Origin: an uncultured Lactobacillus sp. | Lineage (GTDB): Bacteria > Bacillota > Bacilli > Lactobacillales > Lactobacillaceae | Assembly (NCBI GenBank): GCA_947568765.1 | Contig: CANOQA010000003.1 | Span: 28,468-92,467 of the forward strand | DNA: 64,000 nucleotides | Reading direction: 5' to 3' | In this document: positions 39,789-49,992 of the stretch, piece after piece | Layout of the letters: the number at the start of each line of letters is the position of its first letter | Position numbering within the stretch: the stretch's first letter is position 1 | The notes under the pieces: generated by a model | The model's database searches: none | What the model was told of the DNA's origin: nothing | Seen by the model: only the letters and a program-made list of their open reading frames with translations | Position numbers and translations under genes: made by a program

Positions 39789-41628
39789 CCCAATTTTCTC
39801 CTTCCTCGCTAATTGCTTCATATGGCAAAGAAATGTAGAAAGTTGAGCCTGCACCTTCAGCACTATCTGCCCAAATTCTGCCATGGTGTGCTTCTACTAT
39901 TTCTTTAGAAATAGCTAGTCCTAACCCAGTTCCGCCTTGTTTACGTGAACGAGCTTTATCTACACGGTAAAATCTGTCGAAAATCTTGTTTAAGTCTTTC
40001 CTTGGAATTCCTAATCCTTGATCTGAAATGCTCAAAATAACATGCTTTTGTGCTTGAAGTAGTCTAACAGTTATCACACCACCATCAGGTGAATATTTAA
40101 TAGCATTGTTCATAATATTATCGATTACTTGCATCATCTTATCGGTATCAATTTCAACCCATAGAGCTTGGTGAGGAAACTCACGCTTGATTGAATACTT
40201 CTTTTTATGCGTTTTATCTGTATCAGACTTGAGCATCATATCAAATCGATTCAAAACATGGTTAACAAAGTCATTTAAGTTAACCCATTCTAAATCCATC
40301 TTTGCTACACCACGATCCATTCTTGATAAGCTAAGCAAGTCATTAATCATTCTAATCATGCGTTCAGTTTCATCTTGAATAACATTTAAAAACTGTGGGG
40401 CAACATTTGGATCTTTCCATGCTCCATCATTCAATGCCTCAACATAGGCTCTCAAGCTCGTTAACGGAGTTCTAAGTTCATGTGAAACATTGGAAACGAA
40501 TTGTTGCTGCTCACGTTCATTCTTTTGTTGCTGAGTAATGTCATGTAGAACACAAACTAGTCCTGAAACAAACCCTGTTACACGTTGAATTAGAGAAAAA
40601 TTAGCATGTAAAATCATCTCATCTCGTGTATTGTCATTAACGCGAACAACCAATTCTTGCTGTGTGCTTAGTAAGTCTTGAATTGTAACGTTCTTTAAGC
40701 CTAATAAATTAGTAATTGGTTTTCCAATAACATCTTTTTCAGTCTTACCTAGAAAATCTAATGCCGTTTCATTAATAATCGTAATATTTCCATGACGATC
40801 AGTAGCAATAACGCCATCCGTCATGTGCGTTAAAACATTATCTAATCGTCTTCGCTCACTCTCAGAAATTTCTTGTGTTCTTTCAATTCGAACAGACAAA
40901 GTGTTAAATGCTTCAGCTAATTGTCCCAATTCGTCTTGAGCATAAACTCGAACATGTCCAGAATAATCACCATTTGCAACTCTTAAAGCTTGTTTACGCA
41001 TTTCTTCAATTGGTCTGGTTATTGCTCGGGAAATTACCAATGCTACAATTGCACCCAAGACTGCTGCAATTAACGATGCAATTAAAAAATAGATAGATAC
41101 TTGTCGCAAATTATTAAACACACCTTGCAGGCTAGCACGCACATAAATTGCACCAACAGGCGTATTAGTTCCATTTGCAGAAGTTAATGGTGAAATTTGT
41201 ACCATATAATTTCCATTATCATTGATCACTTTAGAAACTTGTTTTCCATTAGAAAGAACGCTCTTTATATCAGCATTACTGGTCCTCTGACCAATTCTAT
41301 TCTGATCATTTACATTTGAAACTGCTCTAATTACACCTTTATTGTCAACTACCATTAATTGACTAATATCGCCCAGATTATAATTTGAAATAATTTGACT
41401 AAGCTGTTGATTAGCTCCTTTAGCATTAGCTCTACTCAATTGACTAGCAATCTGATTAGTAATAATATTTGGCACTTGAATTGAAGATTCAAAATTTTGA
41501 ATTGAATTTTGTTCAAGTTGTCTTGTAAAAGACGCACCAACCACTTCAATTGTGGCCAATAATAACAACATAAAAATTATTGCGATTTTAAAATTAATAG
41601 AATTTAGTACACTTTTTATTTTCTTCAT
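39778..41628 (-). CDS. walK: Sensor histidine kinase WalK
   Basis: HAMP and PAS domains; SNVSHELRTPL, NAIKYS and GGTGLGL motifs. Confidence 0.97.
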   Translation of the reverse strand: MKKIKSVLNSINFKIAIIFMLLLLATIEVVGASFTRQLEQNSIQNFESSIQVPNIITNQIASQLSRANAKGANQQLSQIISNYNLGDISQLMVVDNKGVIRAVSNVNDQNRIGQRTSNADIKSVLSNGKQVSKVINDNGNYMVQISPLTSANGTNTPVGAIYVRASLQGVFNNLRQVSIYFLIASLIAAVLGAIVALVISRAITRPIEEMRKQALRVANGDYSGHVRVYAQDELGQLAEAFNTLSVRIERTQEISESERRRLDNVLTHMTDGVIATDRHGNITIINETALDFLGKTEKDVIGKPITNLLGLKNVTIQDLLSTQQELVVRVNDNTRDEMILHANFSLIQRVTGFVSGLVCVLHDITQQQKNEREQQQFVSNVSHELRTPLTSLRAYVEALNDGAWKDPNVAPQFLNVIQDETERMIRMINDLLSLSRMDRGVAKMDLEWVNLNDFVNHVLNRFDMMLKSDTDKTHKKKYSIKREFPHQALWVEIDTDKMMQVIDNIMNNAIKYSPDGGVITVRLLQAQKHVILSISDQGLGIPRKDLNKIFDRFYRVDKARSRKQGGTGLGLAISKEIVEAHHGRIWADSAEGAGSTFYISLPYEAISEEGENWDEV

Positions 41629-41674
41629 TTGTCCTAATTGCAAAAAAAGCCACTATTACTAGTGACTTTGTTCC

Positions 41675-42382
41675 TTATTCATCTGATGGATTCTTAACGT
41701 AATAACCTACTCCACGTCTGGTAACTAAAATAGTTGGAGAACTTGGATTATCCTCAACTTTTTCCCGGAGACGCCTTACTGTTACATCAACAGTTCTAAC
41801 ATCTCCAAAATAATCATAACCCCAAACAGTTTGAAGCAAATGTTCTCTAGTCATTACCTGACCCATGTGCTGTGCTAAATAATGAAGTAATTCAAACTCA
41901 CGATGCGTTAATTCAATTTTTTCACCATTTTTTTCGACCATATATGCCTCAGGCATAATCACCAAATTACCGATAGTAATGTTCTTATCTTCATCATCCT
42001 CAGTAGCTTTTTGAGTTAAATCGCGTCTACGTAGGTTTGCCTTTACTCTAGCAACTAGTTCTCTATTAGAGAAAGGCTTAGTGACATAATCATCCGCACC
42101 CATTTCAAGTCCTAATACTTTATCAATTTCAGTATCTTTGGCAGTTACCATAATAATTGGCATATCATGAGTTTGACGCACTTCACGAGCAACCTCTAGA
42201 CCATCCTTTTTAGGTAACATTAAGTCAAGAATCATTAAATCAGGATCGTACTCATCAACTTTTTTAACAGCTTCTTCGCCGTCGTAAGCAGTATCGACAT
42301 CAAAGCCTTCCTTAGTCAGGTTAAATTTAATAATATCAGAAATTGGTTTTTCATCGTCAACGACTAAAATCTTCTTTGGCAT
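41675..42382 (-). CDS. walR: Response regulator WalR
   Basis: [14 protein letters not shown] and [22 protein letters not shown] motifs. Confidence 0.98.
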   Translation of the reverse strand: MPKKILVVDDEKPISDIIKFNLTKEGFDVDTAYDGEEAVKKVDEYDPDLMILDLMLPKKDGLEVAREVRQTHDMPIIMVTAKDTEIDKVLGLEMGADDYVTKPFSNRELVARVKANLRRRDLTQKATEDDEDKNITIGNLVIMPEAYMVEKNGEKIELTHREFELLHYLAQHMGQVMTREHLLQTVWGYDYFGDVRTVDVTVRRLREKVEDNPSSPTILVTRRGVGYYVKNPSDE

Positions 42383-42508
42383 AAATGATGCCTCCTCAGT
42401 GTTAATAACTATATTATACTGTTTTCCATAATTTTTTTAAACTTATGGAAAAAAAGCTTGCACTTTATTTATTTTACTGGCATAATAGTATTTGTTGGTT
42501 ATCCGATT

Positions 42509-42581
42509 GGGTGGTTAGCTCAGCTGGCAGAGCAACGGACTCTTAATCCGTGGGTCCAGGGTTCGATCCCCTGACCACCCA
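42509..42581 (+). tRNA. tRNA-Lys (CTT)
   Basis: Cloverleaf; anticodon arm ACGGA-CTCTTAA-TCCGT; GTTCGA T-loop; CCA not encoded. Confidence 0.97.
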
Positions 42582-42697
42582 TATTTTAAAGGCATCGCAT
42601 AAGCGATGTCTTTTTTTGTTTTATTTTCAATTTTTCTAAAAAAGTTCTTGCATTTTTATTTTTTTTTGGCATAATAATATCTGTTGGTTATCCAATT

Positions 42698-42770
42698 GGG
42701 TGGTTAGCTCAGCTGGCAGAGCAACGGACTCTTAATCCGTGGGTCCAGGGTTCGATCCCCTGACCACCCA
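42698..42770 (+). tRNA. tRNA-Lys (CTT), identical second copy
   Basis: Identical 73-nt sequence, 189 bp downstream. Confidence 0.97.
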
Positions 42771-42835
42771 TATTTTAAAGGCATCGCATAAGCGATGTCT
42801 TTTTTTGTTTTTAAACTTCTTTTATAATTAATACC

Positions 42836-43612
42836 ATGAATAATAAACCTTCTAAACACAAAACTATTTACTATAATTCTTTAACTGATGATGTTGTTAA
42901 AAGTAAACAACAAGATTTTACTCTACCTGATAATTACCAAATAATTAAACAAAATACACCTAATTACGTTATGCGCTTTTTGGCTACTGGATTTGCTTAT
43001 CTTTTTACTTATGGTGCAATGCATGTCAAAGTAATAGGTAGAGATAAGTTAGTCAAATATAAGGATCAGGGTTATTTTATTTATGGAAACCACACGCAGA
43101 TGCTTAACGACGTTTTCATGCCTCTAACCTTATGTGGCTGGAAAAATTATTATGCAATTGCTAATCAAGCAAATTGGGGAATTCCAGTAATTGGCAAGAT
43201 TCTTTTACCTTATGGTGGCTTACCTGTAGGAAAAACTATTAAACAAGCTATTAATTTGCTTAAGGCAGTTAAAGCGTTAACTAAAGAAAACGCTCATATA
43301 GTTATTTATCCAGAAGCTCATATCTGGCCTTACTTTACAGATATTCGACCATTTTCAGAAACCAGTTTTAATTTTCCTGTCCAAGCAAATAAAGCAAGTT
43401 TTGTAATGACAACAACTTATCAGAAACGAAAATATGGAAAACATCCCAAAATTACTGTTTATATTGATGGCCCATTTTTCCCTGATACCACTTTAACTAA
43501 AAAGCAACAACAAAAAAAGCTTCACGATCAAGTATTTCACCAATTAAAAAAGCGGTCTAAAATGAGCAACTATCAGTATTACCAGTATCAAAAACGAGAA
43601 ATTGGAGGATAA
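42836..43612 (+). CDS. Lysophospholipid acyltransferase (PlsC/LPLAT superfamily)
   Basis: FIYGNHTQMLND and IYPEAH motifs. Confidence 0.85.
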   Translation: MNNKPSKHKTIYYNSLTDDVVKSKQQDFTLPDNYQIIKQNTPNYVMRFLATGFAYLFTYGAMHVKVIGRDKLVKYKDQGYFIYGNHTQMLNDVFMPLTLCGWKNYYAIANQANWGIPVIGKILLPYGGLPVGKTIKQAINLLKAVKALTKENAHIVIYPEAHIWPYFTDIRPFSETSFNFPVQANKASFVMTTTYQKRKYGKHPKITVYIDGPFFPDTTLTKKQQQKKLHDQVFHQLKKRSKMSNYQYYQYQKREIGG

Positions 43613-43613
43613 A

Positions 43614-44438
43614 ATGAATATTCTATTTTGCGGTGACTCTCACGCCGAAGATGGTATTTTAATTGCAACTCTATCTTTATTAAAAAACGCCTCTGCTCCC
43701 CTGCACCTCTATATCTTAACTATGCAGGCAGAAGGATATGAAGCTTTTAATGAGCAAGCTTTTAACTTAATCAAAAAAATCATTAAAGAAAAAGATCCAA
43801 ATAATACTGCTGAATTAATCGACTGCACTGAACTGTTCAAAAAAGAGCCTCCACGTGCAAACATGGAAACTCGTTTTACTCCGTATGCTATGCTTCGTTT
43901 ATTTGCAGATCAAATTCCACAAATTCCCGACCGAATTTTATATTTAGATGACGATATTATTATCCGCAAAGATATTAGTGATTTTTATGACCAGGATCTA
44001 ACAAATACAGAATTAGTTGGCGTTCTTGATTTTTGGGGTCGCTTTTTCTTTCATAATATTCATACTCATAAAACGTTTGATTATCTAAATTCAGGAGTCT
44101 TGCTCCTAAATATGTCTGAAATCAAAAAAACTCATCTTTTTGCAAAAGTAAGAGAAAAAATGAACGATAAAAAAATGCTTCTTCCCGATCAATCAGCTTT
44201 AAATAAACTTGCTACTGAGAAAAAGATTGCACCACGTTGTTACAATGAACAATACCGTTTGCGCCCAGACACTAAAATTCAGCATTTCACAACTAGTTTT
44301 CGCTTTAAGCCTTATTTTCACACTCTTACAGTTAAACCATGGGATATTGAGCGCGTTCATGGGGTCTTGAAATTACATGAATATGATGATTTACTTAAGG
44401 AGTACACAAAACTAAGACCACAATTAAAGCGGTCCTAA
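43614..44438 (+). CDS. Glycosyltransferase family 8
   Basis: RLF, LYLDDDI, YLNSGVLLLN, PDQSALN and HF..KPW motifs. Confidence 0.92.
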   Translation: MNILFCGDSHAEDGILIATLSLLKNASAPLHLYILTMQAEGYEAFNEQAFNLIKKIIKEKDPNNTAELIDCTELFKKEPPRANMETRFTPYAMLRLFADQIPQIPDRILYLDDDIIIRKDISDFYDQDLTNTELVGVLDFWGRFFFHNIHTHKTFDYLNSGVLLLNMSEIKKTHLFAKVREKMNDKKMLLPDQSALNKLATEKKIAPRCYNEQYRLRPDTKIQHFTTSFRFKPYFHTLTVKPWDIERVHGVLKLHEYDDLLKEYTKLRPQLKRS

Positions 44439-44461
44439 ATTTATTTTATATATGGAGTTTT

Positions 44462-45415
44462 ATGATGACGATACCTGTTTTTTATACAATTAGTGATAAC
44501 TACACCCCCTATGCAGCCGTGTCAATTCAATCTTTAATTGACCACGCCGACCCAAACAAAGATTACACAATTACTCTTTTAGTACAAAACATTAGTGACG
44601 AACATAAAAAGAGTCTTGAGGATCTTTCTACTGAAAATATTCATGTTAATATCTTTCATATCGATGATGATATGGTAGCTCCTATTCACAACAGTAAAGA
44701 AAATTATTTACGTGCTCAATTCTTTACCATGTCAATTTTCTATCGTCTATTTATTCCAAATCTTTTTCCTCAATATGACAAGGCTGTTTATTTAGATGCA
44801 GATACTATTATTTGTACCGACATTGCAGAACTCTACAATACCGAAATTGGAGACAATATGTTTGCTAGTGTTCCCGATATGTCAATTAGATTTATTAAAC
44901 CACTTCAAGTTTATATTAAGGAATGCCAAGGAATTTTTCCACCAGAGAAATATATAAACAACGGTGTGATTCTCTTTAATATGAAGGCATTTAGAGATAA
45001 AAAATTTGTTGATAAATTCTATTCATTAATTGAAAAATATCACTTCGATAATATCGATCCTGACCAAGCTTACATGAACGAAATTTGTGAAGATAAAATT
45101 TATCACTTACCACTTGAATGGGATGCAATGCCTAATGAACATATGGATGAAATTAAAAATCCTAAAATTGTTCACTATAATCTCTTCTTTAAGCCATGGC
45201 ATTTCGCTGATGTTCAATATGGTAAATATTTCTGGGATGTTGCTAAAAATTCACCATATTACGATGAATTAAAAAAACAATTGGCTGACTTTACTGATGA
45301 AGACCGTAAAAAAGCACGCGCTGACTTAGAGTGGATGATTAAAAAAGTCGACCAAATCAAAGATGAAGACGTCACTTGGGCAAAAGTTAAGAAAACTACG
45401 TCTGTCAAAATATAA
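44462..45415 (+). CDS. Glycosyltransferase family 8
   Basis: YRLFIP, YLDADT, YINNGV, DPDQAYMN and HYNLFFKPW motifs. Confidence 0.92.
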   Translation: MMTIPVFYTISDNYTPYAAVSIQSLIDHADPNKDYTITLLVQNISDEHKKSLEDLSTENIHVNIFHIDDDMVAPIHNSKENYLRAQFFTMSIFYRLFIPNLFPQYDKAVYLDADTIICTDIAELYNTEIGDNMFASVPDMSIRFIKPLQVYIKECQGIFPPEKYINNGVILFNMKAFRDKKFVDKFYSLIEKYHFDNIDPDQAYMNEICEDKIYHLPLEWDAMPNEHMDEIKNPKIVHYNLFFKPWHFADVQYGKYFWDVAKNSPYYDELKKQLADFTDEDRKKARADLEWMIKKVDQIKDEDVTWAKVKKTTSVKI

Positions 45416-45419
45416 AGAG

Positions 45420-46202
45420 ATACAAAAATAACTATTCCAGTTTTTATAGTATTAGTGATGATTTCACCAAATATGCGGCAGTTTCACTTAATTCACTAGT
45501 CAAAAATGCAAACTCAGAAAAAGATTAGACGATTTTTTTGAATCAAGATCTTTCTGAAGAGTATAAAAAGCAACTCGCAAATTTTAGCAATAATTATGTA
45601 CATGTCAAATTTTTCCATATTGACGAAGAATTAGTAAAACCAATTCAAAATCGAAAAGAAAACTATCTGCGTGCAGACTTTTTCATGATGTCTATTTTTT
45701 ATCGCTTATTCATTCCAGAGTTACTTCCGCAATATGATAAAGCCATTTACAGTGATAGTGACACCATTGTAGTTGACGACATTGCTAAGCTTTACAATAC
45801 CGAGTTAGGTAGTAATCTCTTCGGTGCTTGTACCGATTCTTCAATTCAATATGTGGATAAATTGGTGAAATATATCAAAGATGTACTGGCTCTTGATCCA
45901 CGCTGGGTGCAATGCCTAATGAAAATACTGATCCCATTTCTAATCCAGGTTTAATTCACTATAATTTATTCTTTAAACCTTGGCACTTCAAAGACGTACA
46001 ATATAAAGATTATTTCTGGAAATATACTAAAACAACTCCATTTTATGAAGAACTAAAATCAGAACTAGATAATTATACTGATAAACAACGGATAGAAGAT
46101 CGAGCTAAATTAGACCACATGCTTGAAAAAGAAAATATCACAGTAGTTGATCCTAATAATTGGATTCAAGTCAAAAACAAAGGCGAAAGGATTAAATTAT
46201 GA
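45420..46202 (+). pseudogene. Glycosyltransferase family 8 pseudogene (paralogue of preceding gene)
   Basis: No intact start; 1-nt deletion in TIPVFY; in-frame TAG near 45526; internal deletion at about 45900 removing the NNG...DPDQ block; frameshift in WDAMPNE. Confidence 0.88.
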
Positions 46203-47059
46203 TCATTGGCGAAAATCGTGCACAAGTTATTGAAAATATCAAAGCAGCCGTCAAAAAAGGAAAAATGCACGCTAAAGTTGAACTAGGTGATCCTATTTTA
46301 ACCAAGAGTGAAAGAATCAAGCTCGTTAATGACTATTGGAAACAACAAAAAAAACTTAGTCATAAATTAAAAAATATCATTGCTCAGGGAATCATTAATA
46401 TTGATACGCTAATTTTGATGGCTCATACGCAAATCAAAAATAAAGAGCGTGCAAAAAAAACAAAATATGGCGCAATTGTCACTACTAATCATTTTAAGCA
46501 AACCGATAGTTTACCAATTAAAAAATTAGCTAATAAGTGCCATAAAAAACTCTATGTTGTAATTGAAGACTCTAACCTAAAATTGCCAGGTTTCTTCGGC
46601 TTTTTAATGAATAATATCAATGCTATTCCAATTGTTCAAAGCTACCAATATTTAGGACGTGAATTTCCAAAACACTTACAGAAAGTCTTTGATAAAAAGG
46701 GATGGGTCTTAATCTACCCTGAACAAGAAATGTGGTATAACTACCGTAAGCCTCGTCCCCTTCAAAAAGGTGCTTATTACTACGCAGCTAAGGCTAAAGT
46801 TCCGATTATCTCCTGCTTTGTAGAAATTCAAGATCTTCCAGAAATGGAAAAAAATAGTAAAGAATTCCACAAGACACGCTATATTCTTCACGTCTTACCG
46901 ACAATCTACCCAGTTGATCGCCTGACAGTTGATCAAAATGCTAAAAGAATGCGTGACATTGATTATATGCAAAAGAAAAAGGCTTATGAAAAAGCCTATG
47001 GCAAAAAATTAACCTATAATTTTGATTACGATGATATTGCAGGTTACATAAAATACTAA
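46199..47059 (+). CDS. Lysophospholipid acyltransferase (PlsC/LPLAT superfamily)
   Basis: TNHFKQTD (HX4D), IYPEQE and KGAYYYAAKAKVPIIS motifs. Confidence 0.87.
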   Translation: MIIGENRAQVIENIKAAVKKGKMHAKVELGDPILTKSERIKLVNDYWKQQKKLSHKLKNIIAQGIINIDTLILMAHTQIKNKERAKKTKYGAIVTTNHFKQTDSLPIKKLANKCHKKLYVVIEDSNLKLPGFFGFLMNNINAIPIVQSYQYLGREFPKHLQKVFDKKGWVLIYPEQEMWYNYRKPRPLQKGAYYYAAKAKVPIISCFVEIQDLPEMEKNSKEFHKTRYILHVLPTIYPVDRLTVDQNAKRMRDIDYMQKKKAYEKAYGKKLTYNFDYDDIAGYIKY

Positions 47060-47249
47060 TCTTTTTTAGACTATCTGATAAAAATCAGATAGTTTTTTAT
47101 TACATTCATTTAATAACATAATAATTCGTTATTTTTGCTTTACTCAATTAAGTAGACTACAATATAAATGACTATAATCAAAGCTCACGAATTTAATAAT
47201 ATTCAAGTTATAAAGTTAATAGTATTTTATCAGAAAGAAGAGAGATACG

Positions 47250-48596
47250 ATGGCAAACGATGGGGACAAGGTGGTCAGTAAAGGCTACAAATACTTTATG
47301 GTATTTCTCTGTATGTTAACTCAAGCTATTCCTTATGGGATTGCTCAATTAATTCAACCTTTATTTGTTCACCCTCTGGTTAATACTTTTCACTTTACAT
47401 TAGCTTCTTATACCTTAATTTTTACTTTTGGGGCTGTCGTAGGGTCTCTAGTTTCACCAATGGTTGGTAAAGCTTTACAGAAAGTTAATTTTAAAATTTT
47501 GTATTTGATTGGTATTTGCCTTTCAGCTGGAGCATATGTAATTTTTGGAATTAGTACGAAACTACCCGGTTTCTATTTAGCCGGAATTATTTGTATGGTT
47601 GGTTCAACCTTTTATTCTGGGCAAGGTGTTCCATGGATTATAAACCACTGGTTTCCCTTTAAAGGACGTGGTGTTGCATTAGGTCTGGCCTTCTGCGGGG
47701 GTTCAGTAGGTGATATTTTCTTACAACCTATTACTCAGGAAATTTTGAAGCACTTTATGACGGGCAATACTAAAACTGGACATTTAACTTCAATGGCTCC
47801 ATTTTTCATTTTTGCCGTTGCTCTTTTAATTGTTGGTCTAATTATTGCTGCTTTTATCAGAGTGCCAAAGAAGGATGAGGTTCTTGCTTCAGCCGAAGAA
47901 GTTAAAAAGAATCGGAATGAAGCTGCTCAAAAACAAGCCCATGAATTTCAAGGTTGGAGCGGTAAACAAGTTCTTCATATGAAATGGTTCTGGGTCTTTA
48001 GTATCGGCTTTTTAATCATTGGTTTAGGGCTCGCTTCTTTAAATGAAGACTATGCAGCCTTTTTAGACACTAAATTATCCTTAACAGAAGTCGGAATGAT
48101 TGGTTCAGTCTTCGGGATTGCTGGTATTATCGGCAATATTTCTGGTGGCTACTTATTTGATAAGTTCGGTACTGCTAAATCCATGGCTTATGCAGGAATC
48201 ATGTTGATCATCGCTATTTTGATGATGATCCTGATTAGTACACATCCTTATGGAGATCGCATTAACTTATATGCTGGTATGGGTTGGGCCTTTACTAGCG
48301 GGCTATCAGTATTTAGCTATATGTCTGGGCCTGCCTTCATGGCTAAGAGTTTATTTGGTGCCAAAGCACAAGGGGTTAACCTAGGTTATATTAGTTTAGC
48401 CTATGCAATTGGTTTTGCTATTGGTGCCCCACTCTTTGGTGTTATTAAAGGTGCCACTAGTTTTACCGTTGCTTGGTGGTGTACCACCTTCTTTGTTGCA
48501 ATTGGTTTTATATTATTAATTTTTGCAGCTATTAAAATTAAACAAATTCAAAAAAATATTATCGTGAACAAGCCAAATATTATTTTAGATAAGTAA
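47250..48596 (+). CDS. cbsT1: Conjugated bile salt MFS transporter
   Basis: 12-TM MFS protein; tandem paralogue pair upstream of a bile salt hydrolase, as in the L. johnsonii cbs operon. Confidence 0.88.
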   Translation: MANDGDKVVSKGYKYFMVFLCMLTQAIPYGIAQLIQPLFVHPLVNTFHFTLASYTLIFTFGAVVGSLVSPMVGKALQKVNFKILYLIGICLSAGAYVIFGISTKLPGFYLAGIICMVGSTFYSGQGVPWIINHWFPFKGRGVALGLAFCGGSVGDIFLQPITQEILKHFMTGNTKTGHLTSMAPFFIFAVALLIVGLIIAAFIRVPKKDEVLASAEEVKKNRNEAAQKQAHEFQGWSGKQVLHMKWFWVFSIGFLIIGLGLASLNEDYAAFLDTKLSLTEVGMIGSVFGIAGIIGNISGGYLFDKFGTAKSMAYAGIMLIIAILMMILISTHPYGDRINLYAGMGWAFTSGLSVFSYMSGPAFMAKSLFGAKAQGVNLGYISLAYAIGFAIGAPLFGVIKGATSFTVAWWCTTFFVAIGFILLIFAAIKIKQIQKNIIVNKPNIILDK

Positions 48597-48619
48597 TTAG
48601 TTAGAAAGAGGGTAATTAT

Positions 48620-49972
48620 ATGTCTAGTGATGCTGCTACTAAAGATAAAGTAGTAAGCAAAGGCTACAAGTACTTCATGGTTTTCCTTTGTATGTTAACC
48701 CAAGCTATTCCTTATGGAATTGCTCAAAACATTCAGCCTTTGTTTATCCACCCCTTAGTTAATACTTTCCACTTCACATTAGCATCGTATACATTGATTT
48801 TCACGTTTGGAGCAGTCTTTGCTTCAATTGCTTCACCATTTATTGGTAAAGCACTGGAAAAAGTAAATTTCAGAATTATGTATTTAATTGGTATTGGTCT
48901 TTCCGCTATTGCCTACGTAATTTTTGGAATTAGTACAAAACTTCCTGGTTTTTATATTGCAGCCATTATTTGTATGATTGGTTCAACATTCTTCTCTGGA
49001 CAAGGTGTTCCATGGGTTATTAACCACTGGTTTCCAGCAAAAGGCCGTGGCGCTGCTTTAGGAATTGCCTTCTGTGGTGGTTCTATTGGGAATATCTTTT
49101 TACAACCAACAACTCAAGTCATTTTAAAGCACTACATGACAGGTAACACCAAGACAGGTCACTTGATTTCGATGGCACCATTTTTTATCTTTGCGGTTAC
49201 GTTGCTAATAATCGGTGTAATTATTGCTTGCTTTATTAGAACTCCTAAGAAAGACGAAATCGTTGTTTCTGATGAAGAATTAGCTGAAAGCAAGAAAGAA
49301 GAAGAATTAGCTAAAGCCAAAGAATTTAAAGGCTGGACTAGTAAACAAGTTTTACAAATGAAATGGTTCTGGATTTTTAGTCTTGGATTTTTAATTATTG
49401 GTTTAGGTTTAGCCTCTTTAAACGAAGATTATGCAGCATTTCTGGATACAAAACTTTCACTAACTGATGTTGGATTAATTGGATCAATGTATGGTGTCGG
49501 TTGTTTAATCGGAAATGTTTCTGGTGGTTTCTTATTTGATAAATTTGGTACAGCAAAATCAATGGCCTATGCTGGCTGTATGTATATCTTATCTATTTTA
49601 ATGATGGTCTTTATCAGTTTCCAGCCTTATGGTTCTCATGTAAGTAAGGTTGCCGGTATTGCTTACGCTATCTTTTGTGGACTAGCTGTATTTAGTTACA
49701 TGTCTGGCCCAGCTTTCATGGCGAAAGATCTGTTTGGTTCTAGAGATCAGGGAGTAATGCTTGGATATGTAGGTTTAGCCTATGCCATTGGATATGCCAT
49801 TGGTGCCCCATTATTCGGTGTCATCAAAGGTATGGCTAGCTTCACTGTGGCTTGGTACTTTATGATTGCCTTTGTTGCAATTGGTTTTATCATTTTAGTA
49901 TTTGCCGTTATCCAAATTAAGAGATATCAAAAGAAATATATTGCTGAACAAGCTCAATCTATTACTAAATAA
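48620..49972 (+). CDS. cbsT2: Conjugated bile salt MFS transporter
   Basis: Close paralogue of the preceding gene (shared KVVSKGYKYFMVFLCMLTQAIPYGIAQ). Confidence 0.88.
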   Translation: MSSDAATKDKVVSKGYKYFMVFLCMLTQAIPYGIAQNIQPLFIHPLVNTFHFTLASYTLIFTFGAVFASIASPFIGKALEKVNFRIMYLIGIGLSAIAYVIFGISTKLPGFYIAAIICMIGSTFFSGQGVPWVINHWFPAKGRGAALGIAFCGGSIGNIFLQPTTQVILKHYMTGNTKTGHLISMAPFFIFAVTLLIIGVIIACFIRTPKKDEIVVSDEELAESKKEEELAKAKEFKGWTSKQVLQMKWFWIFSLGFLIIGLGLASLNEDYAAFLDTKLSLTDVGLIGSMYGVGCLIGNVSGGFLFDKFGTAKSMAYAGCMYILSILMMVFISFQPYGSHVSKVAGIAYAIFCGLAVFSYMSGPAFMAKDLFGSRDQGVMLGYVGLAYAIGYAIGAPLFGVIKGMASFTVAWYFMIAFVAIGFIILVFAVIQIKRYQKKYIAEQAQSITK

Positions 49973-49992
49973 TTAAAAGGAGGATTTTTGAA

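Noticed and set aside
42509-42770. attL/attR of an integrated element at tRNA-Lys
   Set aside because: Both copies are complete with promoter and terminator; no integrase or cargo between them.
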